In this document: in pieces, positions 1 to 9,853 of the stretch | Position numbering within the stretch: the stretch's first letter is position 1 | How the letters are laid out: each line of letters begins with the position of its first letter | Virus record (IMG/VR): IMGVR_UViG_3300027874_000011 | Span: 1 to 64,000 of that record | Direction: 5' to 3' (one strand) | Length of the DNA stretch: 64,000 bases | From: a virus | Taxonomy: Duplodnaviria > Caudoviricetes | Notes under the pieces: generated by a model | The model's input: the letters and a program-made list of their open reading frames with translations, nothing else | Databases searched by the model: none | Told to the model about the DNA's origin: nothing | Translations under genes and position numbers: made by a program

Positions 1-669
1 TACTGCACCGCCGAGCAGTACCGCAACATCATCGAGAAGCGCGACGAGTCGGACGACGTGGAAGTGACGCTCGACCTCAAGGCCGTCAGCCGCTGGCTCG
101 ACCGCAAGCTGATGCGCTTCTTCAACAAGGACGACCAGCCGGTGGCGCGCCAGTACTGGCCGCTCGGTGGTCCGAAGTGGCCGCTGCCGCTCGGGTGGGC
201 CGAGAGCGAGAACCCGTGGACGATGGGCGGCTACACGCGCATGCTGCTGACCGACGACATGGCCGAGGCACCGACCAAGGTGCTCATCGACAACGGCGGC
301 AGCGGCACGTTCACCGAGCCGGCCGACCTGATGCCGCCCGAGTGCTACGAACTGTGGCCGCAGAACGCCAACCTGGGGCCAGAGCCGAAGCCGTGGACCA
401 GCATCTACGTGCCGTACTGGTACCAGGCTCCCTGGGGCGGCTTCCCTTCGGGCAAGCGCATTCAGGTGGTGTGCCGGTGGGGTTGGCCTGCGGTGCCACC
501 CGCCATCGTCATCGCCACGGCCGAACTGTGCGGCATCTGGCGGCTGGAGTCGCCGCGTTCCACCTCGCGCGTCAACGAACTCGAACAGGTCACGGCGACC
601 TCGAACATCGCCAACAAACTGGTGGACGAACTCATCAAGCAGTACGTCCGCAGAGAGAGCCTGATTTGA
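1..669 (+). CDS. Phage head-tail connector/adaptor protein (5' truncated by window edge)
   Basis: Frame is open from base 1 (YCTAEQYR..., typical connector N-terminus). C-terminal VVCRWGWPAVPPAIVIATAELCGIW...LIKQY resembles gp6/gp15-type adaptors. Position upstream of tail genes. Confidence 0.6.
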   Translation, partial: YCTAEQYRNIIEKRDESDDVEVTLDLKAVSRWLDRKLMRFFNKDDQPVARQYWPLGGPKWPLPLGWAESENPWTMGGYTRMLLTDDMAEAPTKVLIDNGGSGTFTEPADLMPPECYELWPQNANLGPEPKPWTSIYVPYWYQAPWGGFPSGKRIQVVCRWGWPAVPPAIVIATAELCGIWRLESPRSTSRVNELEQVTATSNIANKLVDELIKQYVRRESLI

Positions 670-677
670 GGATCTCG

Positions 678-914
678 GTGGCGCTGGTGGCGAGCATGCC
701 GATCTTCGGAGGGACCGAGAAGGAAACGCTCGATCTCCTGGCCGCGACGGAGCATAGCTGCACGCCACCCGACCAGTGCGTCAAGAACGCGGCTGGTGCG
801 GTGGTGCAGATGTGCTCGGCGCACCGTGCGCTGCTCGACCAGAAGTTCCTCGACGGCGTGCTCAAGTGGCGCAGGCGGCGCGAGTACCTGTGGGAGGGGG
901 AGAACCACGGCTGA
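678..914 (+). CDS. Small hypothetical protein
   Basis: GAGGA at 668-672 precedes GTG 678 (alternative ATG 696). Stop overlaps next ATG (TGATG). Confidence 0.45.
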   Translation: MALVASMPIFGGTEKETLDLLAATEHSCTPPDQCVKNAAGAVVQMCSAHRALLDQKFLDGVLKWRRRREYLWEGENHG

Positions 915-1396
915 TGCCGGTCTACACCCTGTCGGGCTTCGACATCCCGGGCACCGTGGTGCTGGCTGACTTCCCCGAGGTGCTGCGCCAGATCAACGCG
1001 CGCGCGGCACTGATCGTCCAGCGCGAGGCGCGCGACAACGCCTTCGCTTTCCGTGACACAGGTGCGCTGGCGAGATCCATCCAGGCCCAGGTGGACGACC
1101 TGACGGTGACCATTTCAGTGCCCGCCAACCAGCCCACGGCTGCGTACGCCAACGTCATGGAGTTAGGCCGAACGGCCGGTAGACATCCACCCCGGGTGGC
1201 TCCACCTGAGCGCAATGTTCTGGCGGGCTGGATGCGGCGGCACGGTATCCCTGAGTCGGCCGCGTACGTCATCGCGCGGGCCATCGGACAGCGCGGCATC
1301 CGAGGGCGGCTGTACATGGAGCGCGCCTACCGATCCCTGGAGCAGCAGATGCCAGCCATCATCAATACGGTGATGGGCCGGATGGGGCTGACGTGA
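914..1396 (+). CDS. HK97 gp10-like neck/tail-completion protein (XkdI-like)
   Basis: DTGALARSI, YANVMELG and RGIRGRLYMERA motifs. ATG overlaps upstream stop. Synteny. Confidence 0.65.
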   Translation: MPVYTLSGFDIPGTVVLADFPEVLRQINARAALIVQREARDNAFAFRDTGALARSIQAQVDDLTVTISVPANQPTAAYANVMELGRTAGRHPPRVAPPERNVLAGWMRRHGIPESAAYVIARAIGQRGIRGRLYMERAYRSLEQQMPAIINTVMGRMGLT

Positions 1397-2442
1397 CCCT
1401 GCAGGCCGCGATCACCGCGCTGTGCGACTTGCAGAAGTCGCTGCAGATCGTGGACCCGTTCACCTCGAAGATCCGCGAGGCGTACCCGCTGCCGCCCAAC
1501 CGCAAGCAGACGACACTGCCCGACGCGCCGTGCTGGATCAACGTGTGGGGCCTGCAGGAGGTCATGAACTGGCCTCCGAACCGGATCGAGCGCTACTCGA
1601 TCACGTGCCAGCTTCTGGTCAACGACGCCGACACCTTCGTCGCGGCGCAGATGGCAACTTCGTTCGCGACCGAGTTCATCAAGGCGTGGGACGAGACGGA
1701 CTACGACCTGGGCGGCACGGTTATCGGCTCCGAGCTTCGCGGGCGCGACCCATCGGTGGTCAATCTTGAGTGGGGCGGACTGAGCTTCGCGGGCATCCAG
1801 TTCACCGTGGTCATCGACGTGCCGGTCGGCCTCAGCGACGACGGCTCGGGCGACAACTACGTCGATGACGTGATCCAGACGCTCATCAACTGGACGGCTG
1901 GCCGACTCCCGGGCTGGCAGCAGGATCTGAACAACTGGCACCCGACCAACGACTCGCCGGGCATCCTGTGGTTCTACCTGCAGATGGGCGGGCCGCTGGA
2001 CAACGAGTTCCTCGACTTCGACCACGGACTGGAGGGCGCAACGGTCGCGGCGCGCATCGTCACCCCGTCGCGCCAGGCAAGCGTGCTGGCTATCCGCAAG
2101 TTGACGCGCATGCTCGGCCACGACCGCCAGGACCACATGCTGATGCCAGACGGCACGTGGCTCTGCTACGACACGATCCGCTCCCAGGTCGATGCGACGG
2201 GCATGACGGAGGGCCAGGTGCAGATGAACGTCAAGTGGATTCTGGACGAGACGCTGGCCGACGACGTGTGGTGGGATCCGGGCCAAGGCCCTGCCGATCA
2301 ACCTGGCGGCACCACCGATGGTAGTGGCGACGGCAATGCCTTCGGACCCTTCCCGAGTGGTGGTGGCCCATCGCTGCTGTGGCAAGAAGACCCGAGTGTC
2401 GGCAACGGATCGGGGCCGACGATCAAAGAGGAGACGCCATGA
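1393..2442 (+). CDS. Tail terminator-like protein, apparently two domains (XkdJ-like position)
   Basis: GTGA overlap. Two ~150-aa alpha/beta segments followed by an acidic/Gly tail. Lies between gp10-like gene and sheath. Confidence 0.5.
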   Translation: MTLQAAITALCDLQKSLQIVDPFTSKIREAYPLPPNRKQTTLPDAPCWINVWGLQEVMNWPPNRIERYSITCQLLVNDADTFVAAQMATSFATEFIKAWDETDYDLGGTVIGSELRGRDPSVVNLEWGGLSFAGIQFTVVIDVPVGLSDDGSGDNYVDDVIQTLINWTAGRLPGWQQDLNNWHPTNDSPGILWFYLQMGGPLDNEFLDFDHGLEGATVAARIVTPSRQASVLAIRKLTRMLGHDRQDHMLMPDGTWLCYDTIRSQVDATGMTEGQVQMNVKWILDETLADDVWWDPGQGPADQPGGTTDGSGDGNAFGPFPSGGGPSLLWQEDPSVGNGSGPTIKEETP

Positions 2443-2750
2443 GCGAGACGCCGCCAGAAGAAGCCAAAGCGCCGACACCCGAACCCATCGCAACACAGAC
2501 CCCGCCGCCACCCCCGCCACCGCCTGGTCCCGCGCAGCAGGCCGCGACCGGGGGTGACGCGACCTACACCGCCGCCGAGCTTCAGGCCGCAGCAGCCTCT
2601 CTCGGGGCCTACCCGTGGGACGTTCCGAGTGTGTTCGCCCTGCGAGGTGGTGTCACCGAGATGTCCGAGGCCGACTTCAAGACCGCGCTTGAAGAATTGC
2701 GTACGCCACCCGCTGAACCAGCAGCCGATGAGAACGAGGGAGGTTTCTGA
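2439..2750 (+). CDS. YqzN/YkzM-like small tail protein with Pro-rich N-terminus
   Basis: YTAAELQAAAASLG...SEADFKTALEELR pattern. Directly before the sheath, as ykzM is in PBSX. Confidence 0.55.
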   Translation: MSETPPEEAKAPTPEPIATQTPPPPPPPPGPAQQAATGGDATYTAAELQAAAASLGAYPWDVPSVFALRGGVTEMSEADFKTALEELRTPPAEPAADENEGGF

Positions 2751-4258
2751 TGGTTGACCGACTCATCACGTCCTATCCGCCGCCGACCGCACCAGGCATC
2801 TACGGCATCATCTCGGCGGCGGGGCCGACCGCAGGACCGAGCGGCCTGGGCGTTGTTGCTATCGTCGGCAAAGCCAGCTTCGGGCCGATCAACACGGCCG
2901 TGCAGTGCGGCTCACCGTCTGCAGTCGCCACGGTCTTCGGGGACGCCTCGGCGGTGGATCGCTCCAACCAGACCTCGACCCTGGCGAACCTGGCGCGCGA
3001 GGCGGCGATTGGCGGGGCCATCGGCTTCGTCGCGGTGCGCGTGGGCGGCACCGGCTCGGCTACAGCCAAGGTCACCGCTGGCGTCATGGACAACGCCTCA
3101 ACCGTTGTCGGCAACCTGACGGCGGCTTCACCAGGCGCGTTTGGCAACAACCTGTACTGCAAGATCCAGCCCGTGGCAGGGGTGGCAACGCAGAAGGAAC
3201 TGGTGGTGCTCAAGGGGCCGAGCATGACCATCGTGCAGGACACCCGCTTCGTCATCGGCAACACGCCTGCCAACGAGCCTGACGCGCTCGCGGCGGCAAC
3301 CGTCAACGCGCCCTACGTCGTGTTCACCAAGAGTGCCCAGGGCAGCGGGCAACTCGGCAACCTGGCGCAGATCCAGATGGCGGGTGGGGCTGATCCAGCC
3401 GCCTCGTCAGGCGACTACAACGCGGCATTCGCGCCACTCTCGACGTACGCCTGGGCCACGATGGTTACCGACAGCGAGAACGCCGCCATCGTCTTCCCGG
3501 CGATCCAGGCGTTCGTGGACACCGAGACGCAGTGGGGCCGCTTCAGGACCGCGTGTGTCGGGGAGCCGACGAGCGTGTCGGTGACCACGCGCTACGCGGA
3601 TGCCAGCGCGATCAACTCGTGCCTGGTGCGCTACCAGGGCACGGGCTTCACCTACCCCAACGGTGATGGGACGTACCGTGCCGACGAGGGCTACCTGGCG
3701 GCAGCGGCCGACGCGGGCATCATGTCTACGCTCACGCCAGGCACCTCGATGACCTGGCGGGCGATTCCTGGGGCCACGGCCATCGTCACGGGCACGCCCG
3801 CGTACGACGAGCCGACCGCGATTCTCTCGGGCATGGGCTACTACAAGTTCAGCAACACCCTGGGGGTGCGCACGGGCGCGGGCATCTCGACGCTGGTCAA
3901 CCCGGCCGTCACGCCGATTTGGGCTACGGCGCTCAACACGGGCTGGCGCTATCTGGAGCACGTCGCGACGGCGTTCGGCCTGCTCGGGGACATCGGTGAC
4001 ACCTGGGAGGGCATGGTCGCCAACCCCGACCCGGCGCTGCGGCCTCCCAACACGCCTGCCGGTCGCGCCGCACTGATCGCCGCAGCCAACCGCTCGGCCA
4101 AGCAGTACACGGACAACTCGTGGATTCAGTCGGGCGACGTGATCGTGGATCCGGCGCACCCGTCCACGTCCAACACGGCCTACTTCACCTTCGAGAACCT
4201 CGTGGTCGCGCTGCGCGCCGAGAGGCTCGTCCTGGCGCTGCCGTTCGGCACGCCATAG
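2750..4258 (+). CDS. Contractile tail sheath protein (XkdK-like)
   Basis: 502 aa. N-terminal PGIYG...VVAIVGKASFGPINTAV, DYNAAFAPL, and C-terminal VALRAERL. Synteny. Confidence 0.9.
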   Translation: MVDRLITSYPPPTAPGIYGIISAAGPTAGPSGLGVVAIVGKASFGPINTAVQCGSPSAVATVFGDASAVDRSNQTSTLANLAREAAIGGAIGFVAVRVGGTGSATAKVTAGVMDNASTVVGNLTAASPGAFGNNLYCKIQPVAGVATQKELVVLKGPSMTIVQDTRFVIGNTPANEPDALAAATVNAPYVVFTKSAQGSGQLGNLAQIQMAGGADPAASSGDYNAAFAPLSTYAWATMVTDSENAAIVFPAIQAFVDTETQWGRFRTACVGEPTSVSVTTRYADASAINSCLVRYQGTGFTYPNGDGTYRADEGYLAAAADAGIMSTLTPGTSMTWRAIPGATAIVTGTPAYDEPTAILSGMGYYKFSNTLGVRTGAGISTLVNPAVTPIWATALNTGWRYLEHVATAFGLLGDIGDTWEGMVANPDPALRPPNTPAGRAALIAAANRSAKQYTDNSWIQSGDVIVDPAHPSTSNTAYFTFENLVVALRAERLVLALPFGTP

Positions 4259-4259
4259 C

Positions 4260-4273
4260 GATAACCGGTTATC
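4260..4273. promoter_or_regulatory. Palindrome GATAACCGGTTATC (putative operator, copy 1)
   Basis: Perfect 14-bp palindrome between the sheath stop and the next ATG. Recurs five more times. Confidence 0.6.
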
Positions 4274-4277
4274 AGCC

Positions 4278-4547
4278 ATGACAGACCTGACCGTCGCCAA
4301 CGACGTGAATCTGAACTCGGTCACCATCGACCCGACCATTGGCTACCACCAGACGTGGTGGCAGTGGCCGTACTACACGCCGCCCGCCAACATCCACGTC
4401 TACTACCCGTACCCGTTCACGCTTGCGCCCACCCAACGCTGCGCCTGGTGCCAGGGCCAGCACGTGGGCGCGTGTCCGCGCCTGAAGTCGGTCAGCTACC
4501 GCAAGGACGGCACCGTCGAGCGCGTTGAGTTCTTCGAGGAGGACTAG
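4278..4547 (+). CDS. Hypothetical protein with CxxC-H-C motif, inserted between sheath and tube
   Basis: 89 aa ORF filling the gap; CAWCQGQHVGACPRLKSVSY. Confidence 0.55.
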   Translation: MTDLTVANDVNLNSVTIDPTIGYHQTWWQWPYYTPPANIHVYYPYPFTLAPTQRCAWCQGQHVGACPRLKSVSYRKDGTVERVEFFEED

Positions 4548-4549
4548 AC

Positions 4550-4984
4550 ATGCCAGTAACGTCCACCCAACTCACGGCCGGCTTCCGTGGCAACTTCTAC
4601 CGCAACGGGCAGAAGTGGGCGGGTGCCTCGGGGTGGGATCTCACCCGCAACACCACCCTGACTGAAGACGGCGTGCTCGACCAGAAGGTGACCATCCCCG
4701 TCGAGCAGTCCCTGACGTACACGCTCAAGGTCAGCGAACTGATCTTGGACTCGAACTTCTCCAACGAGGTGCTGCAAGCCGACGCGCGCTCGGACCAGTT
4801 GCGCTTCCTGTTCATCGGGGAGTCGCGGCGCAACGACGGCCAGCAGGAGCGCATCCGCATGGACGGCGCGTGCATCTCGGCCGACCTGTTGCTGTCGGGT
4901 GTGACCCGTGGGTCCAGCCGCAAGCGTGACATCACCTTCCGCCTGGATACGGTGCCTGCCTTCGACAGCATGATCTCTAGCTAG
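4550..4984 (+). CDS. Tail tube protein (XkdM-like)
   Basis: 144 aa, beta-rich (GFRGNFYRNGQKWA...YTLKVSEL). Follows sheath. Confidence 0.8.
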   Translation: MPVTSTQLTAGFRGNFYRNGQKWAGASGWDLTRNTTLTEDGVLDQKVTIPVEQSLTYTLKVSELILDSNFSNEVLQADARSDQLRFLFIGESRRNDGQQERIRMDGACISADLLLSGVTRGSSRKRDITFRLDTVPAFDSMISS

Positions 4985-4995
4985 GGGTGTAGCTG

Positions 4996-5604
4996 ATGCC
5001 GCCACGTGGACAACGCGACTTATCGCTCGTCGGAGAAGACGAACTAGAGATAGTCGAAGACGCAGAAGGCGTCGAGGAGCAACTCCTCGCGGCTTTCGCC
5101 ACCACACGCGCCAAGGAAAAGGCCCAGGTCGCCGCTGTCGAGATCCAGCGCTACCAGGGCATTCCGCAGCGGGACGCTGGCGGCAAACTCGTCCGCGACG
5201 AAGAAGGCAAGACGACCGTGGGGTCGCTGATCCTGTACTTCAGGCGGCTCCAGCCCGGCACGCTGCTCAACCTGCGCCAGGAGTTCACCATCCGTAAGCC
5301 CATCAAGCGCGCGGGCCGCACCCAGTTCGAGGAGAGCTTTGACGACGAGGGCTTCGCGCTGCACGTCGCCTATCTCGCCATGATGCCGTGGTGTCGTGCG
5401 ATGTACTTCGACAACCAGAAGCTGTGGGGCGACGAGCCGGTTGGTACGGGCGAGGAGTTCCTGCGCTATCGGCTGAACCTGGGCGAGATGGGCTACTGCC
5501 TGGAAGCCGTTCAGCAGTTGGAGGGCTTGGGCGAGGAGCAGATCGAGCAATTGGGAAAATCTTCGAGGACGGGGGCGAGCTTGCCCCGTGGGACGTTTGG
5601 GTAG
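4996..5604 (+). CDS. Tail assembly chaperone (XkdN/gpG-like)
   Basis: Between tube and tape measure. Contains slippery heptamer near its 3' end. Confidence 0.75.
   Translation: MPPRGQRDLSLVGEDELEIVEDAEGVEEQLLAAFATTRAKEKAQVAAVEIQRYQGIPQRDAGGKLVRDEEGKTTVGSLILYFRRLQPGTLLNLRQEFTIRKPIKRAGRTQFEESFDDEGFALHVAYLAMMPWCRAMYFDNQKLWGDEPVGTGEEFLRYRLNLGEMGYCLEAVQQLEGLGEEQIEQLGKSSRTGASLPRGTFG
5553..5559 (+). promoter_or_regulatory. -1 programmed ribosomal frameshift site G GGA AAA
   Basis: X XXY YYZ heptamer in phase (ttG GGA AAA). The -1 frame is open to TAG 5766-5768, abutting the tape-measure ATG. Confidence 0.8.
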
Positions 5605-5768
5605 AAGTCGCGACCCTGTTCAACGTGCACCCCTGGCAACTGCTGCACATGGACGAGTATCGGCGCGTCTGGTACGAGATGGCGGCTATCACCCACCGCA
5701 AGCGCGAGCATGAGATCCGCCAGGAATTCCTGAACGCCATCGGCAGGATGTTTGGCGGCGAGGACTAG
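5553..5768 (+). CDS. C-terminal extension of frameshifted tail assembly chaperone (gpGT-like)
   Basis: -1 frame GKIFEDGGELAPWDVWVEVATLFNVHPWQLLHM...; no independent start with RBS. Confidence 0.7.
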   Translation, partial: GKIFEDGGELAPWDVWVEVATLFNVHPWQLLHMDEYRRVWYEMAAITHRKREHEIRQEFLNAIGRMFGGED

Positions 5769-8700
5769 ATGGCCGACTACGAAGTAGGGGTCCGCCTGGT
5801 CGCCAAGGACGAGACGGGTCCGGCTGTGTCCACTGCGCAGCGCGGCATGAAGGGCGTGGACGACGCCGCGAAGTCCGCCAACAAAGAGCTTGAGGGCATG
5901 GGGCCAGCCGCCAAGAAGGGCGCGGACATGGCGACCCCGGCGCTCAACGGCCTGAAGAACAGCCTGGGCGACATCCTGAAGATGGCGGCGGGCTTCTCCA
6001 TCGGTGCGTTCACTGCGCAGCTAGGCGGTTCGCTGACGGGCGCGCTGCAGGAGTCGATCACCAGCACCAAGGATCTGTACTCCCAGGTCAAGATGCTGCA
6101 GAACATCACCGGCGGGTCGGCCGAGCAGATCTCGACCACCATCGGTGCCTTCGAGCACTTCGGGCTGAGCACACAGCAGGCCGCGTCCAGCATCTCGATC
6201 TTCTCGCGCCAGATGCAGAAGGCCCCGGTCGATATGCAGGAACTGGCGACCAGCCTGGACTCGACCACGGGCAAGCCGCTCAAGGGCTTCGCGGACCAGA
6301 TGCACGACCTGGGCGTCAACACCGAGGACGCCACGGGCAAGGCGCGGCCGATGCTCGACGTGCTCATGGACACCGCCGACAAGTTCAAGGCGATGGGCGG
6401 CGGCGCGGAGGCGACGGCTGCGGCGATGACGCTGTTCGGGCGCTCGGGCCGCGACATGCTGCCGGTGCTGCTCCAGGGGTCGGAGGGCATCAAGAAGATC
6501 GCGGAAGAAGGCAAAGCGATGGGCTTCGTCCTGACCGACGACGACATGACGGCGGTCAAAGCCTTCAGCGCTGCCCAAAAAGACCTGAACGAGACGATGG
6601 ACGGGTTCAAGATCCAACTCGGCATCGCGCTCATGCCGCTGTTGACGATGCTGGCGAGTGTGGGCGACCAACTCGCGATCATGTTCAACACCCACATGCT
6701 GCCGGCGATCAAGACGGTCGCGGAGTGGATCAAGAACCTCGTCGGCAACGTGCAGGACGCCTGGAAGCGCTTCACCGAGTGGCTCGGTCCGCTCGGCATG
6801 GTCGTGGACGCGCTCAAGGACTTCATCTCCAACATCATCGACGCGGTACAGAACAACGAGGGCCTGTCGATCTCGATTCAGAACGGGGCCATCGCCATCG
6901 GCGGGGCGACAGTCGCGACTCTCGGCCTGGGTGTGGCGATGGACGCGCTGGCGAGTACGGCGAGTACGGCGACCAGCATCATCCAGACCTTCAACGCCAT
7001 CTTGGAAACCACCTCCAAGACGGGCACGCTCATCATGATCTTCTTCGCGCTGGCGGCGGTGATGGTCACGCTGTACCAGACCGTGCCCCAGGTGACGGAT
7101 GTCTTCAACGCGCTGTGGGAGGCCATTACCGGCGACCCTGGCGCGCTCGGCGTGGTCTACGACGTGATCCAGAAGACGTTCGGCACGGAGATGGCCGACA
7201 AGCTCAACCCGTTCCTGAACTGGCTCATGAAGTCCATCCCGCTCATCAAGGACTTCGGCCGCGCCGTCGTCGTCGCATTCACCGACGACGCGGGGGCGAT
7301 GGGCGTCATCTACGACGTGATTCGCAAGGTCTTCGGTGACCAGGCAGCGGAAGCCATGCAGCCGTTCCTGCAGAACCTGATGCTGTTAATCCCGCGTGCC
7401 AAGGAAGCGGGCGAGTGGATCGGGTGGGCCTTCGAGCGGCTGACCAAGGGCGACATCCGCAACGTGCTGATCGACCTGGGCATCGCCTTCGGCAAGTTGT
7501 TCAACGTCGATACCTCGGGTTTCGCGGCGACGGTCGGCAAGGTCTTCGACACGCTCGGCAAGCTGTTCGAGCAGTTCCAGAAAGATCCAGGCGGCACGCT
7601 CCAGGCGGCATGGAAGGGGCTGCAGGACATCCTCGAACCGCTGGCTCCGTCGTTCAACAACCTGAAGGACGCCTTCGAGAAGATCGTCGGCGCGGTCCAG
7701 TCGCTGTGGCCGACGCCGCTCAAGGACATCCTCGACGGCCTGGGCAAGGCCGACTTCAGCGGGGTTGCTCCGACTATCGACGCGGCCAGGATCGCCTTCG
7801 AGGGCCTGTACGCGGTGTTCATGCTCATCGCGGGGATCATCAACACGATCACGGGCTTCTTCGACTGGATCATCACCAACGTCGGCAACGCGACCCAGTT
7901 CATCAAGGACCACAAGGAGGCCCAGGGTGCGCTGGTCCTCATCCTGGGCGCGCTGGCTGGCGCAGCCCTCAACGTGGCGTTCAGCCTCGCCGTCGCGGGT
8001 GCCGCGATGCTGCTGACCGCCGGCTACGGCGGCATTCTCAACGGCATCATGACCGTCATGGTGGTCGTGGTGGACGCGGTGCGCTTCGCCTGGATGCTCA
8101 TGGACGCGGCGATGCTCGCCAACCCTATCGGCCTCATCATCATCGCCCTGGTCGCCCTGGGCGCGTATCTGGTGTGGGCCTACAACAACGTGGACTGGTT
8201 CCGCGATGCGGTCAACAACCTGTGGAAGGCGATGCAGGACTGGTGGGCCTGGTTCAGCACCGAGCTTATGCGCGAACTGCACGCCCTGGGCGACCTGTTC
8301 CAGCAACTCGGCACGTGGATCTCCGAGAACGGCGACACGATCAAGACGGTGATCGAGGCGCTCATGGGGCCACCCGGCCTGCTGCTCATCGCGTGGCAGC
8401 AGGACTGGGGCGGCATTCAGGAGAAGGTCCAGGGCTTCGTGGACTGGTTCAAGACGGTGCCAGGCATGATCTCCAGCGCGGCGCAAGCGGTCGGCAACGC
8501 CTTCTCCACGATTGGCACGGCCATCTCCAACGCGCTCAAGAACATCAACATCGACATCGGTCCGTTCCACTGGCGCGGCGGCACCTTCTCGTCGGACATC
8601 CCAGGCATCTCCGTCATCGGGGACGCCTTCAGCGCTGGCGGGACGAAGGTGCACGAGGCGCTGGACACGCTCGGCCAGCAGAACGCCCAGGCCAACGCCA

Positions 8701-9053
8701 GTAGCTACAGCCTGGTCGGTGAACTCGCGGGCGGGCCAACACCCGCCGAGGCGGGCCTCCAGATCATGCAGACGGGTGGCTGGTTGCGCGAGCCGATCAT
8801 CGGTGTCGGCCCCTCGGGGACGCAGTACAGGCTGCACGCCAACGAGTACATCTCGCCGGCTGGCGCGCACGCCGAGAACGCGGCAGCGGCGCATGCGGGG
8901 CGCGGCGGCGGTGTGACGCTCAACGTCTCGCCAGGAGCGGTGCAGATCAGTGGAGCCAACGGGCCTGCCCAGGATTGGGCGACGGCCGCAGACGCGCTGT
9001 GGGACGACCTGTACGCCAAGCTGAGCCGCGCGCTCGATAACCGGGTGTCCTGA
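5769..9053 (+). CDS. Tape measure protein
   Basis: 1094 aa, Ala/Gly-rich helical, with W/F-periodic repeats and LLANPIGLIIIALVALG-type motif. Synteny. Confidence 0.92.
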   Translation: MADYEVGVRLVAKDETGPAVSTAQRGMKGVDDAAKSANKELEGMGPAAKKGADMATPALNGLKNSLGDILKMAAGFSIGAFTAQLGGSLTGALQESITSTKDLYSQVKMLQNITGGSAEQISTTIGAFEHFGLSTQQAASSISIFSRQMQKAPVDMQELATSLDSTTGKPLKGFADQMHDLGVNTEDATGKARPMLDVLMDTADKFKAMGGGAEATAAAMTLFGRSGRDMLPVLLQGSEGIKKIAEEGKAMGFVLTDDDMTAVKAFSAAQKDLNETMDGFKIQLGIALMPLLTMLASVGDQLAIMFNTHMLPAIKTVAEWIKNLVGNVQDAWKRFTEWLGPLGMVVDALKDFISNIIDAVQNNEGLSISIQNGAIAIGGATVATLGLGVAMDALASTASTATSIIQTFNAILETTSKTGTLIMIFFALAAVMVTLYQTVPQVTDVFNALWEAITGDPGALGVVYDVIQKTFGTEMADKLNPFLNWLMKSIPLIKDFGRAVVVAFTDDAGAMGVIYDVIRKVFGDQAAEAMQPFLQNLMLLIPRAKEAGEWIGWAFERLTKGDIRNVLIDLGIAFGKLFNVDTSGFAATVGKVFDTLGKLFEQFQKDPGGTLQAAWKGLQDILEPLAPSFNNLKDAFEKIVGAVQSLWPTPLKDILDGLGKADFSGVAPTIDAARIAFEGLYAVFMLIAGIINTITGFFDWIITNVGNATQFIKDHKEAQGALVLILGALAGAALNVAFSLAVAGAAMLLTAGYGGILNGIMTVMVVVVDAVRFAWMLMDAAMLANPIGLIIIALVALGAYLVWAYNNVDWFRDAVNNLWKAMQDWWAWFSTELMRELHALGDLFQQLGTWISENGDTIKTVIEALMGPPGLLLIAWQQDWGGIQEKVQGFVDWFKTVPGMISSAAQAVGNAFSTIGTAISNALKNINIDIGPFHWRGGTFSSDIPGISVIGDAFSAGGTKVHEALDTLGQQNAQANASSYSLVGELAGGPTPAEAGLQIMQTGGWLREPIIGVGPSGTQYRLHANEYISPAGAHAENAAAAHAGRGGGVTLNVSPGAVQISGANGPAQDWATAADALWDDLYAKLSRALDNRVS

Positions 9054-9853
9054 TGGTTGCCCAGGTCAAACTCGTCAACTACGCCGACCCGACCGACGAG
9101 TTGATCTTCCCGATCACCCCGTCCGAGCTACCCGAGACGGCCGACGCGAGTGCCAAGAGCTTCAACGTCATCGGCAAGGGCAGCTACTCGTTCCCTGACG
9201 GCAGGGCCGAGTACAAGCTGTCGATTGCGGGCTACTTCCCAGGCAAGGGCCGCTGGACGCCGTTCCCCGAGAAGAAGCTCGAAAACCTGCCGCACATCCA
9301 CGACTGGCGGCACCCCGAGGAACTCACCTTCCAGCTACGCGAGTGGCTGAACAACAAGGCCAAGCTCAAGTACGTCGCGGACAGCAAGGCGGGCCTGATG
9401 CAGGTACCGGTGTTCTTGAGCAAGTACTCCTTCACCAAGAAGGGGCCGGCTGGCGACATCGTGTACCAGTTGGATTTCGTGGAGTGGCGCTCGCTGTCGG
9501 TGTTCATTGACGACGGTGGGCCGAGCGGCGGCGGCTCCAGCGGCGGCGGCAGCGATAGCTCACAGAGCGCGGGCGACGGAGACGCGGGCGAAGAAGACGC
9601 CAACCCGACGACCTACACCGTCCAGCCCGGCGACAACCTGACGTTCATCTCCAAGCGCTTCCTGGGCGACGGCGGGCGCTGGCCCGAGATCTACGACGCC
9701 AACCGCGACACCATCGGGGACGACCCGAACATGATTTCGCCGGGCATGGAGCTTCTGATCCCAGGCGGCACGGTGGCCGAGCCGAATCTGGACGGCTACA
9801 CCCCGATGGGGACTGACGCCACGGTCGGTTCAGACGTGGGAGATGGAGGCTGA
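9053..9853 (+). CDS. LysM-domain tail tube initiator (XkdP-like)
   Basis: YTVQPGDNLTFISKRFLGDGGRWPEIYDAN...ISPGMELLIP LysM. N-terminal FPITPSELP motif. Confidence 0.85.
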   Translation: MVAQVKLVNYADPTDELIFPITPSELPETADASAKSFNVIGKGSYSFPDGRAEYKLSIAGYFPGKGRWTPFPEKKLENLPHIHDWRHPEELTFQLREWLNNKAKLKYVADSKAGLMQVPVFLSKYSFTKKGPAGDIVYQLDFVEWRSLSVFIDDGGPSGGGSSGGGSDSSQSAGDGDAGEEDANPTTYTVQPGDNLTFISKRFLGDGGRWPEIYDANRDTIGDDPNMISPGMELLIPGGTVAEPNLDGYTPMGTDATVGSDVGDGG

